The notes: generated by a model from the sequence alone, not told the origin. A stretch of DNA of 63,608 bases, filler included, from Rhabdomonas costata (GCA_019059605.1; 52 parts of 52 records of this genome joined end to end with filler, not necessarily neighbours in it); one strand, 5' to 3'. Shown: positions 23,708 through 38,039, counted from the whole stretch's first letter. Numbers and translations: made by a program.

Positions 23708-23940
23708 CTTCAGCAAAAGGTGGACCCCCAGCAGAGTGTTGCCGTCGGCAAGCTCTTTCACTGCGATCTGGTGGATCAAGTTTTCCTGAAAAATCGAACC
23801 CCAATTGGCAAGACACTTAGTCAGACATTTCCTGGGGCTTACCACGTCTGCCACAAACGCACTGTACCCGGGAGAATCAACCCTGATGGTGCTCGCCAAA
23901 GCCAGCGCAAACACACAGCACCCGAAAGGCGTTGCTGGCA
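23708..23940 (-). CDS. Exons of a helical domain resembling the WDR11 C-terminus (5' boundary uncertain)
   Basis: FALALASTIRVDSPGYSAFVADV|gtaag..cag|ENLIHQIAVKELADGNTLLGVHLLLK|gtaag; recalls WDR11 'IKLVATNMIANGKLAEGVQLLCLI'. Confidence 0.4.
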
Positions 23941-25736
23941 CACACACCCTTGTGGGGTCTGCCAGGGTGTGCCGGCCTACCGTTTCTTCTCTTCTCGGGA
24001 AGGATGCCCTTATGCTCAGCTTCCAAGTGCACATCACCGGCGTTTGAACTCCGAGATGCCGGGGTCATATTAGTAAGGAATAGACACCGAGGCACCAAAA
24101 TAAAGAGAAATGCAGCAGTACCTCGGGCTGAGGAGGCGGGCGAGGTCGCTCCCTGCAAGCGCGAGCACGTGCCAGCGTTTTCAGAAGGTTTGCACCCTCT
24201 ACGCGCAGTGTTTACTACAATCAAGCTCAACATTGGAGAGGGGGTTTTGGACATCCTGCAAGAGCATGAAACATTACCAGCTTCTTGGAGCCCACTCGGC
24301 CAGATATTATCGGCTTTGTATCAAACGTGAGAACTGGAAGAGAGAAATTCCCAAGAAATATAACAAAACGCAAAAAAGAAAAAGTGGAACATAATTCGAG
24401 AAGGAGGAAACNNNNNNNNNNNNNNNNNNNNNNNNNNNNNNNNNNNNNNNNNNNNTTAATTAATTAANNNNNNNNNNNNNNNNNNNNNNNNNNNNNNNNN
24501 NNNNNNNNNNNGTGGGTGTGGTAATGGCGAGGCAGTCCGCAAACATCGGCACCATGCCGGGCTCCGCTTCCGTCGGGGGCACCAGCGGGCCGGAGATGGG
24601 AACGACAATGGGATATGGGTCGCAAGGGTCGGCCTGGATGGCTGCTCCCGAAACCGAGATTGGCTCTCCGGGGCCGATGTTAGGCAGCTCGGGCCTTGCA
24701 AGGGGCCCGCGTGGCCGATGACAGGCTGTTCGGGCCATCCAATGGACGGCTATCCCCACAGGGACACGCCTTCGACCTTTCGGGCATGACCTCACCCTTC
24801 CCGTGCCGGGGCTTGGGCTTGGGCAGCTGGGGTTTGTAGGCTACTCAAGCCGCCGCGGCTGGCGTCACCCCCGCATCCCTTACCATTGCTGCCCGTAAGT
24901 AAGGGTCATGATCTTCGGGATTCGGGCGGTGGTTTCCGGAGTAGACCTTTCTTTGGGCGATGCAAAACACGCCCTTCAGCCCCCGCTTGGGCAGCGGTAC
25001 ACCCTTCACAAACATTCCCCCTCCGGTATCAAGCATCGCGATTGCGGCTTTGCCATATCGGGTCTGCCGCCGCACGGGGTCCAGGCATCACCACTCAGAC
25101 CCTCTTCCATAACAGCAGCAGCCCCGGGAGAGGATTCCAGGAGGGGACGGGTGCCTACTTGACACCGATTTCGAAGATCATGCACATATGGACGCTTCGT
25201 TGTTGAACACCATGCAGGTCAAGACTTTGCAACGCACACGCATCAGCAAAACACCGACAATGGTTAGCGGTCCGCGCACCATATTACAAGCAACGACCAA
25301 GCACACATTCAACAGGAAGGAAGCGCCTCACCGGTACGCCCTTCCGCACGATGCAGCGGGCCATTCGGTACACACGATATTAACAACCCACCTGCGGCAT
25401 AACAACCATGGTGGGTCACTCACCGGAGTCCCCTGGGGGCAAGGGGATCGCCCGCGAACCCCCGGCGAGACGAGTATCGGAGCACGTCAATCGTCCTCAA
25501 TTAGCTCGCGATTAGCCGAATACACGATACACGATACACAAAGTACGATAACGATCATCATTCAAAGCTCGTGTTTCCATCTCAAGGCTACCCCGTCGCA
25601 CAATCCTTCACAGTTACCCCGGTGTCACCCACACCCNNNNNNNNNNNNNNNNNNNNNNNNNNNNNNNNNNNNNNNNNNNNTTAATTAATTAANNNNNNNN
25701 NNNNNNNNNNNNNNNNNNNNNNNNNNNNNNNNNNNN

Positions 25737-25887
25737 GTTTGTGGGGGGACGGGCAGATGTCGGCCCGCTGCTGCACGCGCTGTGGGCCCGCTTTGCGGGC
25801 CACCCCTGCCTGGGAGTGTGCGCGGAGATACTGGAGGGGTTGGCCAGGAGGGGTTCCATTGAGGCCGGCGCCCTGCTGTTCTCTCTG
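25737..25887 (+). CDS. Probable partial exon of a helical-repeat protein
   Basis: GRADVGPLLHALWARFAGHPCLGVCAEILEGLARRGSIEAGALLFSL|gtgtgc; GC-rich. Confidence 0.4.
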
Positions 25888-28218
25888 GTGTGCACCCTTC
25901 CCTATTGACGGGTGTGTGCTTATTTCTTTGTGGATGAGTGTTCCAGTGCCCGATCCGACATCGACTAGCTGCATTGTCTTTGTTCCAGAGAAGTGGAAGA
26001 ACAGAGCGTCCTTTGCAGTCTTATATTCTCCCCACACTATGCGCTATTGGGTCCAACGGTTGGGTCCAACGGTAAAGGTCCGTCTGCCTGCGGGCCTCAA
26101 AACTGTGTATCTGTCTTTGCGCCCTTGACACAGAGCGTGTCGTGGATCCTGGCAGCCCTCAGCACCATCGTACCAACATGTCAAGTGACGACCATGGTTG
26201 TGTGAAGAATGCGGTGAGGTGAGACCAGGACATCAAGAGAGGGACATCAACGGTCATGTCGGTCTCGGCGACCTCCGTTACGCATCAACCCTCCCATTGG
26301 GTCTTGGAATCACCCAGTTGGCATTCCCGCGACCAGGGTACCACGCCATGACCACCGATGGCATCAGAGCGACAATGGCATCACGCCATGACCACCACTA
26401 CTACCTTAAGATGACATAACGTACACACGAAGGTATACGGTACGGTACCACTAAGGGTTGGTGAGTAACGCCACCACCTCCTGACATCACCACCGAGTAA
26501 GTAACAGCATGACATACCCTACGCACAGACTAACCCACCTTCTACACGTGGTGCTGTGAACGTAAAGTACCCCGATGCCACTACCACCACTCAGTGAAGG
26601 GATAGGAACAGGCTACAACCACCAGGGCGTACCACACTGTGCATCGGCAGCCTAACCATGGTGGCATTCACCCTACGCCTATCCCAACCCCTGGTTCGAG
26701 TAGACACACGGCTACACTACCAACAGGGTAACTGAGGTAACTGAGCCCCTACGTTGATGTAGACGCGTATCTACTACGGTGTTGCGTCTCTGGATACGTG
26801 GGGTCATGAACGTGTGACAACCTGTGAGGTACACGCATGACTCGCCCCATGCCAACCCACCNNNNNNNNNNNNNNNNNNNNNNNNNNNNNNNNNNNNNNN
26901 NNNNNTTAATTAATTAANNNNNNNNNNNNNNNNNNNNNNNNNNNNNNNNNNNNNNNNNNNNATCTGACGGTCTTAATGCTCTAATGCATAACAAACAACA
27001 CCCGTAAAGGTCACAGGCAATAAAAGCAGAGCAATGGACATCCACGAAGTGAACGAAGCCCTCAGGAAAGAGACGTGTTGGGGTGGCGATGTTCGCACAC
27101 AGGGAGAAAGCGCTAGCGAAAGGTTTCTAACCACTCCATTGTAAACAGTAAATGGAGCACAACAAAGCAAGACCGCAGTTGCCCGTCATCATACGCGGAG
27201 CAGTCTTTACACACACTTCCACGGGTTTTTGTCAAGTGCGGTCCAGAAATCATTTCGATCAAAAGACCAAAAAAAAAAAAGAAAAAAGAGGCGGCGGAGT
27301 GGTTTGCAGGGCGTCCTGAGACGGCGCAGGCGCCGGCCCATAACAAATAGCCCGATCGCCTCCCCTTGCACAAACAGCACCCGGCCCAAGCCCTCCTCCA
27401 ACCAATAACGGAACAGAAGCAAAGAGAGACATTACAAACCACCCACAAAGCCGGTCTCGTGGGCCATGGCCCTTGCTCCAGAGGCACTTCCACAGCTTGT
27501 CGCCGAGATTACGGTGCAAGATGGCCACAGTAATCTCCAGCCGCGCCCTGCACCGTGCCTGCGTGTGAGTGCGTATATATACGCAGGGAGAAAATGATCA
27601 TTCCCTTTATTCCCTTTGGTTTCATACGGCAACTTGTCCTTTCAGGTGCGGTGAGCACGCTCTCACCTGTTGGGGTCTACGAGTGCTCCTCTCTGCTCAG
27701 TGACCCAACATGCCCAACCTCCTCATTGCTACCTTCTATCGTGCACAGAAACATGACAAGGGATGCCACTGATGCCGTCAGACAGTTGGAAGTTACATGA
27801 GGGTCCTTGTCGTATTATCCCAAAACTCACAAGGACAAGTGCAATCAGAAGGTGACAAGAATGCAATGGCATACTCACCCTTCGCTTGGGCTTCCTGCAA
27901 TGAAGACTGCACTCCATATCATGGGATCTGTGCTTTATTGCGAATCTTTGTAAAGGGGACACCTAATGAAGATGACATCACTGATGAAGAGGTGAAAGCT
28001 CAAGTTCCGAAAAAGCTGTCAACCAACGCAAGTAGCAACACCTCTGCACTCGGAACAAAGCACAACCTGACACCACCCCACCACCCNNNNNNNNNNNNNN
28101 NNNNNNNNNNNNNNNNNNNNNNNNNNNNNNTTAATTAATTAANNNNNNNNNNNNNNNNNNNNNNNNNNNNNNNNNNNNNNNNNNNNGGGTTGGGGGGGGC
28201 GGAGGGTGCGCATCTGGC

Positions 28219-28314
28219 CTTCTCTATGAACTCGTTGTAGAGGCGAACAGTCTCCGTGGGGCTCGACAGCATCAGGCTGACAAAGTTCCGGATCTTCACA
28301 GAGAGTAGGGTGAC
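28219..28314 (-). CDS. Exon resembling the start of a class III nucleotidyl cyclase domain (degenerate)
   Basis: cag|VTLLSVKIRNFVSLMLSSPTETVRLYNEFIEK versus consensus VTVLFxDIxxFT.L....P..V..LN..F. Confidence 0.55.
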
Positions 28315-29802
28315 CTGCGCACGGCACACCACCGCAGAGCGCATTGCTCAAAAGCCACGACGGGGACGGGGAGGGGAGACAAAGTTCAGGTGACATACAT
28401 TTCCCCTTGGACACGTTTGTTTCCCCACCCGTCAAAACGATGCGACGCACGGCCTGTCCAGGTTCCCAATAGCAGCAGCAGCATACCCTATCCCAGTCAC
28501 GCAAATCAAAAGCACCAAGGAGGTGCACGAAAAGGGCCCTGGGAACCTACAGCAAAATGTTCCTGCCTGACAATCATCGTTCCACCCATTCTGAGTAGTT
28601 TTGATCCCACCTGTTTGGGAAACGCCATTTTTGATGACTTTTTTGAAGACTGCTTCTCGCGCCACACAGTCTTCGTGACGTCTGGGGTATTTCGCAGCTG
28701 GTTCGACGCTTCATCACCAGTCTTCTGCCTTCTTCCTTTATTCTTCTAAAACCACACTAATTTTTTTAACACCTTCAGCTTGGGATCACGGACTTTTCGG
28801 GATACTTTGTACCATTGTCAGAACCCCACTCGCACGGTTTCCGCCCATATCCACAGCTTCTCCTCCGAGAATCCTACGAAGCTGTGAAGGGCAAACACTG
28901 GTACGGCTACTGTGTCAGGAACCGAAATCCGTTCGAATCATCACGGTCTACTACGCTGGTTTCAATTAGACATAGGGCAACTCTGGCCCCATCCCAGCCA
29001 GGACTTCCCCCTGCGTAACATGGGGGGGCCAGTGCCTCAGGTTGCAGGGCACATAAGTTGTCTCGAGGGACCTCAACTGGGTCTTCCCCTGTGTGTCATG
29101 GGGTACACACAGAAAGACTCTGTTCTAGTCCATTCCGCGGGGAGAAGACCACGGAAAACCACAACAAAAAGGACAAACGTCCGACAAATGCCGTCAGGGG
29201 CACAACTTGCAAGGAATAAGGAAGGCAGGCGAGGTTCCAGCCCGTCCTGACAGACTGAGAGAACATGAGGGCTACACACACAAGCTCATGCACACCGGGC
29301 ACCAACCAACANNNNNNNNNNNNNNNNNNNNNNNNNNNNNNNNNNNNNNNNNNNNTTAATTAATTAANNNNNNNNNNNNNNNNNNNNNNNNNNNNNNNNN
29401 NNNNNNNNNNNGGGGGGGGGTGTAGACTGCGCTGGGGGACTGCACGAAGGCCAGCGAGGGCGCGGCGTTCTTTCTTGGACGGCTTCTGACCCGCCCGGAC
29501 ACTCACCATGCCATCTCAGACTTTCTGCAGGCCGCCAGCGCAGTCTACAGCCCCCACAATACACATGGATGTCCCGATGAAGGCATTTCACACAAGAAAA
29601 CAGCCCAAAAAGAGGTAGCATGCTTGTCAGGGTGAAATGAGGCGCAAACAGCGTATGTCATCAGCGCCGAGGTATCGGGGATGATCTAACTGCAACAGCC
29701 TAACTGAGTTTGTTCACAATAGCCATGCACATGTGATGCACGAGTGAATGTACGTGCACTGCCCGACACAGCAGCCAAAAAGTTTAGCGCGGCGACAGGC
29801 AC

Positions 29803-30359
29803 GCCTGGCCAGCTGTGAGCATGGCTGTGAGCAAGCCTTGGGAGAGCCTCCGTGAATCCACGGAGGACAACGCAAACGGGTTCAGCACAAGAGTGCCCAG
29901 CCACAGCAACAGTACGTAGCTGCAGTGAAAGGAGCAATGACGGCCATCGGGCGGTGGCAAAGTAAAAAGTAATTTTTGACACATATTTCTCTTTTGTCCT
30001 TCTCAAGGTCTCTACAAACACAAACACAGGTTCCACTCCACTCAACCATCTCCCCAATCGTGAAGGACATACCGCGTCTCCCACGCAGACTCTGAGTTGC
30101 CAGCCGCGGCGAGGTAAAAATCGAACACCGGCTCCAAAAGATTGACCTTCGTGCAGAAAGTAAATCCAACGTAAATGCGGGTGGATGCAAGGTGGTATGA
30201 AGCGACAAAAGAGCGAGGGTAGAAGGAAAGGAAAAGGAAGGGATGTGGCGTCGGAAAGACCTCGTGGCAGAAGTGCGTTGCCACGGACTTGTAGCCCCGA
30301 ACCTTGGTGAGCACGTACAGCACCCGCATCACCAGAACAAACTTTGGGGCCTCTCTTTC
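29803..30359 (-). CDS. TBCD: Tubulin-folding cofactor D; three exons, ~30359-30261, 30146-30073 and 29919-~29803
   Basis: Spliced LYVLTKVRGYKSVATHFCHE|VNLLEPV..AWETR|YVLLLWLGTLVLNPFAL matches the TBCD motifs KVRGYK..FPHEV..EPV..WETRY.LLLWL...PF. Confidence 0.92.
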
Positions 30360-31424
30360 TTTGTTGCGGGGGGGGGGGGGTAAATTGGAAGCAAAAGAAA
30401 AGAAGGAAAAAAGACGTAGAAGCGTAGTCCACAGTAAGTTCTCCTGTGTTTCTGCACCAAGCGGTGGGCACCGTCAACGCATTATCCGGTTGCTCAAAAA
30501 GCACCAAAAGACAACCTTCGAGCAATCCCACAACCCNNNNNNNNNNNNNNNNNNNNNNNNNNNNNNNNNNNNNNNNNNNNTTAATTAATTAANNNNNNNN
30601 NNNNNNNNNNNNNNNNNNNNNNNNNNNNNNNNNNNNGGGGTGGGGGGGTATTTGTAGTAGTAGTAGTAGTTTGCATTCTTTTGTTGCTTCGGCTGGGGCT
30701 GCAGTGAGAGGCATTCGTGGTATATCGAAAAAACAATTGTTCACAGGGTTACCTTTATTCCGCGCGGCGGAGTATATTTTTTTCCACAAACGATTTCCGA
30801 TCTTCAGATTCACAGTTCAGAATTGGGTCTTTCTGAACTGTGAATCTGCGACCCTTGTCTGGCGATGGTGGCATGGTGGCTGCACGACAACACAGCTCCA
30901 CATCATTATGACATCGTGCAAATGGAAAAGCTTCCTGAGTCCCTTCCTTCGGGCGAATCGCAACACCCTTGAATGGGACGTTTTTGCAGAGCGAGGGTTC
31001 TCTGCTTTTTGTTTTGGATTACAAGACATCAAAGATACACCACCACAACCTTTTGTTTTCATCAGCGTTTCCATTCTGCTTGCTGATTGATTTGGTTTTG
31101 GGTGTACGACGTCTGACTGTTCCCAGTTCAGTTTTTTGAGAAGCATCTGTCTCCCTACTTGCGAACTTAGGTTGAGGACTTCAACCGGGAAGGATCCGCA
31201 AAGTTCCTGTTCATGCTCTCCACGCGCTCCGGGTACATCCACATCGCACTTGCTTCTTCTTGCATTTCGCTGGGGTGCGGACGAACTCTTTCGGGATGGG
31301 ATGCCCCGTCTTGACGCGGGGATGACACAATGGACATTTCACGCAGTGGAACGTGGAGTGCGGCTTCACACATTCCTAAAGGGAATCTAAATATGATGTC
31401 ATCGGGGGAGTCGCGGGGGAGTGA

Positions 31425-31760
<336 letters not shown>

Positions 31761-33626
31761 CNNNNNNNNNNNNNNNNNNNNNNNNNNNNNNNNNNNNNNN
31801 NNNNNTTAATTAATTAANNNNNNNNNNNNNNNNNNNNNNNNNNNNNNNNNNNNNNNNNNNNTGTGTTTGTTCTGCTTGTTGACTGCCTTTCTGCTCTCCT
31901 CCGCAGGCCTTTTCCACTTGCCATCCGAATTTCGCTCATTCCCAGTGGCTCGGTGCCTCTCTTTGCTCCTCTTTCTGCGTGGTACGCCGCGGCTTATCGG
32001 CTTCTGGGCATTGTCCAGTCCTTATCTACAACCTTTTATGACACTTCACCATATCTCTACAGGCGTCAGTGTACTCGCGCGTGTGTCCACACACACACTT
32101 TGTGCACTTGGCCGGGACGACTTTTTCTGGGGAAGACTCGCGTTTCTCTTCCACCCTCCGGGCTCCCCCCCACACACACAGACACACACACGCTTCGTGC
32201 ATAAGGCACGGTTTTGGGGGAGGTCTTTTCTGCCTCCAGTGGGCTTTCCAATACTCTCCCGCTGCCTGGCCGCTTCTCGGGGTACGGATCAATCCTCAGC
32301 TGCTGAGCGGAGGTTCTTAGGAAACCTCAATGGTGCACTGAATCGCGGTTCTAGGGAGCTCCAACTCTCTGCTGCTGGCCCAGTCTGCTGAGAGTTTAAT
32401 GGCCTCTCTTCAACTCTTCTTCCGCCAGGGATCATGTCACCTTCTGCATACCACGGAGAGCCCCAATCACACGCAAACATACACTAAGCTGAGTGTGAAA
32501 GGTAAACGCTGGTACGAATATTGTCAGGCACCGAGGTCGGCTCTTCTCTCTCTTACTCCTCTTACACCCTGCGGGGCCCTCACGCTAACATTACCACTAC
32601 ATCAACAGTACGGAGCGGTGAGTCACGCATCGCGTAGTAGCATGACAGCATGACACGAGCGTAGCGAATCCATATCAACACGATGGTCTCGATTAGGCGT
32701 TAAGCTGAAGGCAACTCTGGTTCCACCCCAACCAGGTCTTCCTCTGTGGAGGAGCAGGCAGGTTGGGGACATAAGTTTCCTGGAGATGACCGGAGTCTCC
32801 AGCAGTTGCGAGCCTTAGGATTATGACTGAGAAAGGTGTATCTCTCTCCCACAAACACGGGGTATTCTTCTGTCGCCCCTTCCCATGACTCCTTGGCAAC
32901 TGCACTGCTTTCCACACAAACACAAACACACACACATCCTGAAGGATTGCTCTCCCCCCACAGAAACCAAACACCAAACACACAACNNNNNNNNNNNNNN
33001 NNNNNNNNNNNNNNNNNNNNNNNNNNNNNNTTAATTAATTAANNNNNNNNNNNNNNNNNNNNNNNNNNNNNNNNNNNNNNNNNNNNGTGGGTGGTGGGCG
33101 TTGCGTGTCGCGGCGCGGCAGAAGCGGGCGGCTGAGGTGGGGACGTTCCCTTGACCGAACGTTTTGCTGTATTGGGTAACTGCGCCAGTCAATATTCTTA
33201 ACGGTCATACGTATTCTAAGCCTTTACGTCAATTTCCCGTCCATGTAGGGGGCGCAAAAGCGGTAAGCCTAACTCCATCTTGCTATAAAAAATTGCACTT
33301 AGGGGTCTCTAACACTGCTTTCCTGATTCCGTGCCATAAAACAATCACCAAGCAGTGTGAAGCGCCCCCCCCCCCCCCCGCATCAATACAATGATACTAA
33401 TGTTGAAAGCCTATATAGCATTTGAACCACTGGTTACCTATCGTTCCTGTCGCAGTTATTCTGTGACTGCACCCCTTCGGGACCACAACTCACCATTGAA
33501 TCGAAAAATCCGAACCCTGCTCACCTGCAGCAGGGTGACTGTAATTTGGGCAGCTTACGCTGTTCCACGCGCTTTGACAGTGTTTTTTTACCTTTCTTCC
33601 TCTCCCCATTTTCACACCCCGCTGAG

Positions 33627-33751
33627 ATGGTCATCCATGTGGGAGCGTACACCAAGCACCGCCCCAAGCGGTTGTGGCCCACAAGAGAGGGCACCGCCTG
33701 TGCTTACACCACAGGCTGGCCCGCCGACATTGCTGAGCTGCCTGTCCCCAA
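33627..33751 (+). CDS. Probable exon of an unidentified protein
   Basis: MVIHVGAYTKHRPKRLWPTREGTACAYTTGWPADIAELPVPK|gtaagc, preceded by a pyrimidine tract. Confidence 0.45.
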
Positions 33752-35337
33752 GGTAAGCCTTTCACCCCTTCTTTTTCCTTCTCTCCCAGTTGGTGTGGGA
33801 GTGTATTTGCGTATGGTGTCAAATATCCGGTGGGTTCCTGAGAACCACTTCCCAATAGAAGAAGGGATAGTCAGTTTCCTCCAAAGCACCGGTCACGGAA
33901 TGCTTTCTCTGTGAAGATTGCCCTTGCACTTTCGAAAGAAAAATCAAGAGAAAGGGAAGGACTTTGTCATAAAGTCCTGCGCTTGGACACAAAGGAGTCC
34001 AGGCGCAGGCGCGGTAACTGTGCGCAACGTCCTTCACTATGGGCAGGCGTGTGGTGAAAAAATTTCTCCAGGAGGCTGGAACGGGAGAGTATCAGAAGGT
34101 GCGCCCCGGACCCGTTTAAATCAACTCATGATGATCGTAGAGAAGACTAGCACCCTAACAGCCCGCATCATTTTTCGGTGCACCAGGGGCAGAAATTTTT
34201 TCAACACACCCNNNNNNNNNNNNNNNNNNNNNNNNNNNNNNNNNNNNNNNNNNNNTTAATTAATTAANNNNNNNNNNNNNNNNNNNNNNNNNNNNNNNNN
34301 NNNNNNNNNNNGTTGTTGTTTTAAACTAAAAAACTGGCCCTCAGCAGTGATCCAGTCTCTGAATACGTCGCCCCCCGCATTGGTGCTTGTCTCTTGTGCA
34401 ACATAATGCTTACATGCACGCTCGGGATCACGGAAAAATCGACATTCTTTCTCGAAGAACGACCGAAACAAATGAGGAACGACCGTTATTAACTTCCATC
34501 CCCTCCAAGGGTGCCCGGCAACATAACCAGATGGTAGGTTTGACTAAGTTTCGTTCAGGTTTCAACAAAATTCTCGACGCGTCTCAAACTGAGAAGGAGT
34601 CGCATGACTCACTTGCGAGGACTCGTTCAGCGTTCAGCCTCCACCCGTCAAACCCACATCTCTGCGTCCTCTTGCTTGATTTTTGTGTGTGGGGATCCCC
34701 AGTTCACCAGCTCAAACACCTATGCAAAACACTGCAAGCAATGGGAGGAAAGAGCGCACCTTCCGGAAAGTTTACCGATGCCTCCCTTAGGACGCGGTAG
34801 CAGGGACGCGGACGCACGCCAAGCGCACCAAAGATCAGACCGACCTGAGAAACAAACGAAGAAAGGAAAATTAGAAACTATTCCGAAAAAGCTGATCGGT
34901 AAAATGGTTTGAAAGGCTCACCTGAAAAAGATGCCACAAGCACCACGTGCCGATCAAAAACATGGAAGTCCTCCCATTAATATGTCCTTCCGAATGCAAA
35001 AACCAGGCGATCACAAGAATTCTATTGGACTAATAAATGCAAACAACACTTCCCCCGTTAACATGCTCAGAACGTCAAATCAACAAGTTCAGAAAAAACA
35101 GAAACGAGACCCCTCAATAACAGTGTGTAATCATCATCATCGTTTTCCGGCCAGTTTCCAATCCTACGCATCGGCGGGAAGAGAAAATACACCGATGCAA
35201 ATGAACAAGCGCTGAATTGGACGGCGCAAGAAAAACGTTAGATGAGAGTATCTTTAAAGCCCGCATTCTCGTTCACGATCCAACCATTCAAAAACCAAGA
35301 AACGGAAATCTAAACCGGGGTGAATATGAAGCTGAAC

Positions 35338-35436
35338 CGCGCCTTCTCCATCACCTCCTCCTCAACAAGAATGTCCACACCCGCCCGACTCGCAAGCTGC
35401 ACAAGCTCCCACGACGACCGCAGCGCAGGCCCAAGC
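35338..35436 (-). CDS. Partial exon resembling the C-terminal part of a degenerate class III cyclase domain
   Basis: LGPALRSSWELVQLASRAGVDILVEEEVMEKAR|gt versus consensus hG.AVN.A.RL.......ILhS..V. Confidence 0.35.
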
Positions 35437-36927
35437 NNNNNNNNNNNNNNNNNNNNNNNNNNNNNNNNNNNNNNNNNNNNTTAATTAATTAANNNNNNNN
35501 NNNNNNNNNNNNNNNNNNNNNNNNNNNNNNNNNNNNGTGGTGGGTGTGTTTGGGGGTTTTTGTGACACCCGGGGCCGTAGCACTAGGCCACTCGCAGCTG
35601 CGCTGCTACTTTGCGGTTCGGGGTGCAGCGTATAAATTCGAGGGGAGCTCCAGCTTGGTGGAGGAAGGGGAACAGTATGAATTGTCTCGGTTCTGCTGCT
35701 GGCTTTTTTCTCAAAATGCTGTGAATGTATGTGTATGTGTGTGTGTCCACCTGACAGTGTGCCCAAAGCTTTGTTTGCTCCTCGATGTCTGCCTGGCTAT
35801 TTCCCGTGAATCTCATGCTCTCTCACTCGGTCACTTCATATCTATTGATATTCAATAAGGATGGACAGAAACGCGCCTGGATTCCTTGCAGATTGTGCAC
35901 CTGACGAAGTTTGTCCTTTTTGTTGCGATCTTCCGTGGTCTTTTCGCCGCGGAAAGGACTAGAACAAAATCCTCGAGCGCTCCGCAGTGCGACGAGTCAA
36001 CGCAAGTGCTTTTGCCTGTACTGCGCGTGATGCGCGTGAACAGTGAGATGCTGTGCTGGGTGTGTCACTGTGCCCTCTCCACTTTGCTCACTGTCTTCAG
36101 CTCTTCGTAACGGTTGTTTGCTCAACAGAAACCGGACATTTGTTCTTCGTTCCTGAGCAGGTCGTCGCGATCTGTTGAAGATGCGCTTTCCTACTGGTGA
36201 ACTTTCACCCGCTCACAACCTGAAAGTGCACAAAGTGTCTCTCTGTGATGTGCACATACCTTTGGCTGCAGGGGATCTTCATGAGCCTCGGCGGGCTTTG
36301 CGAACGACGGGGCAGCGGATAGGGTCACCGGAAGAGAAGGTCTATGTGCACAGACAGCTCTCTCCCATTTGGAAACAGGAAACTCTTCCAATTAACACCA
36401 CAATAGCAACGACCTTACCACATTTCTGTGCATGGATTACCGGCCCAATGTACTCTCAAGCTTACTGCAGGGCTGGTCACAGTACACGAAAACAATGGGT
36501 GCAAACGGAGCGTAAAGGTGAGCTATTTAAGGACTGGAGCGTTGGCAATCACACACAGACAGGAATGTCTTTCAAGACCGCATCAGCTCCACCTCAGGTA
36601 CACAGGTGCCGACGAAACCACAGCAAGGAGGAAAACTGCATCCCCTCTCATCCCACCACAANNNNNNNNNNNNNNNNNNNNNNNNNNNNNNNNNNNNNNN
36701 NNNNNTTAATTAATTAANNNNNNNNNNNNNNNNNNNNNNNNNNNNNNNNNNNNNNNNNNNNGTTTGGGTTGGTTGGTGATGCAAAGCGTTTGGGGAGTAG
36801 TGATGAGATGATGTATGCCGACATACGGCGCGCATGCACACACACAGACACACACACACATTCATTCGCACACGCACCTGCGTGCATTCACTCGGGCAGC
36901 TCACTTTCCCCTTTCACTTTCTTTCAG

Positions 36928-37678
36928 AGCCAAGCCTGCTTGATAAGCTGAACCACGCAGTTACCGTCGAGCTCCCCAAGCTTCTGCAGCCGATTCAACA
37001 GGTTTGCTGTTCCAAAGCGGAGTCACGGAAAAGAATATAAAACAGTAATGTAGCGAAACCCCGTCGCTTTCTGACCGAGGGCAGGACGCATTATTCATTG
37101 TCCGCCAATTGAAAGGGCGAGAATCCCAGTTACGTCGAAAGCCTAGTCGATGACTCTCATTTGGAGTATTCTTAACATCCTGTGTTCATCGGTGAGAAGT
37201 AAAGCTCGTCCGGTGATATCTTTTCAACTGAGAGAAAAGGTGCATTGTGAATAGCTGGCTTGCTTCCTGTCCAGTGTCGCTATCTGGCATTTCGAACCAC
37301 AACCATTCCTTTCCGCCGTTTTTTCCTCTTGCACAATGCAAAAGCTTCCGTCCTCTGTGTCAATGCTTGCAATCTGGAACTCTACAGCCATGCAACCGCT
37401 TGCGATTGGCTCCTGAGGTCCTAGTTTCTTGTCTCCTCCCAAAAGATTGCGATGATCTCTGTTGCTTTCTTCCAAAGGCCCGGGCGGTTGATCCCCGGGA
37501 GGTACGGAAGAACGTTGCGGGGGACTCTGCTGGTCCCCTAAACAAGCTTTCGTTCCTCAACGTTGTCAATAAGGGCTCCTCTGTGTCTTCCTCGGCATCA
37601 CACCCTGGGGCTCCCAGCGGCCATCTGGGGCGAGCCATGGACCTCGGGGGGCGATTCTACTCGCATTTCTATCGGCAG
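36928..37678 (+). CDS. Two probable exons (36928-37001, 37478-37678), possibly an EHD-like protein
   Basis: PSLLDKLNHAVTVELPKLLQPIQQ recalls the EHD helical-domain end; the phase-0 intron keeps frame. Confidence 0.35.
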
Positions 37679-38039
37679 GCTTACAGTCCTGTGCTCCCTG
37701 AACGGGAGCTTCGAGCAGCAGTTTTACAATAGCAGAGTTGCTTTTCTACATTTTTGGAGGTCTGACAAATATATGGCGTACCTAAACTTGCCCGGTACAC
37801 AGCAGAAGGCTGAACCGGAACAGCAGACCATTGAAAACAACCGTTCTTTATGCACAGTAGGAGGGAAATCATCAGAACACCCACCCNNNNNNNNNNNNNN
37901 NNNNNNNNNNNNNNNNNNNNNNNNNNNNNNTTAATTAATTAANNNNNNNNNNNNNNNNNNNNNNNNNNNNNNNNNNNNNNNNNNNNGTGTTGGTTTCGAT
38001 GCCTCACGGAGTTCTGTCCTTTGCCTTTCGCCCGCACAG

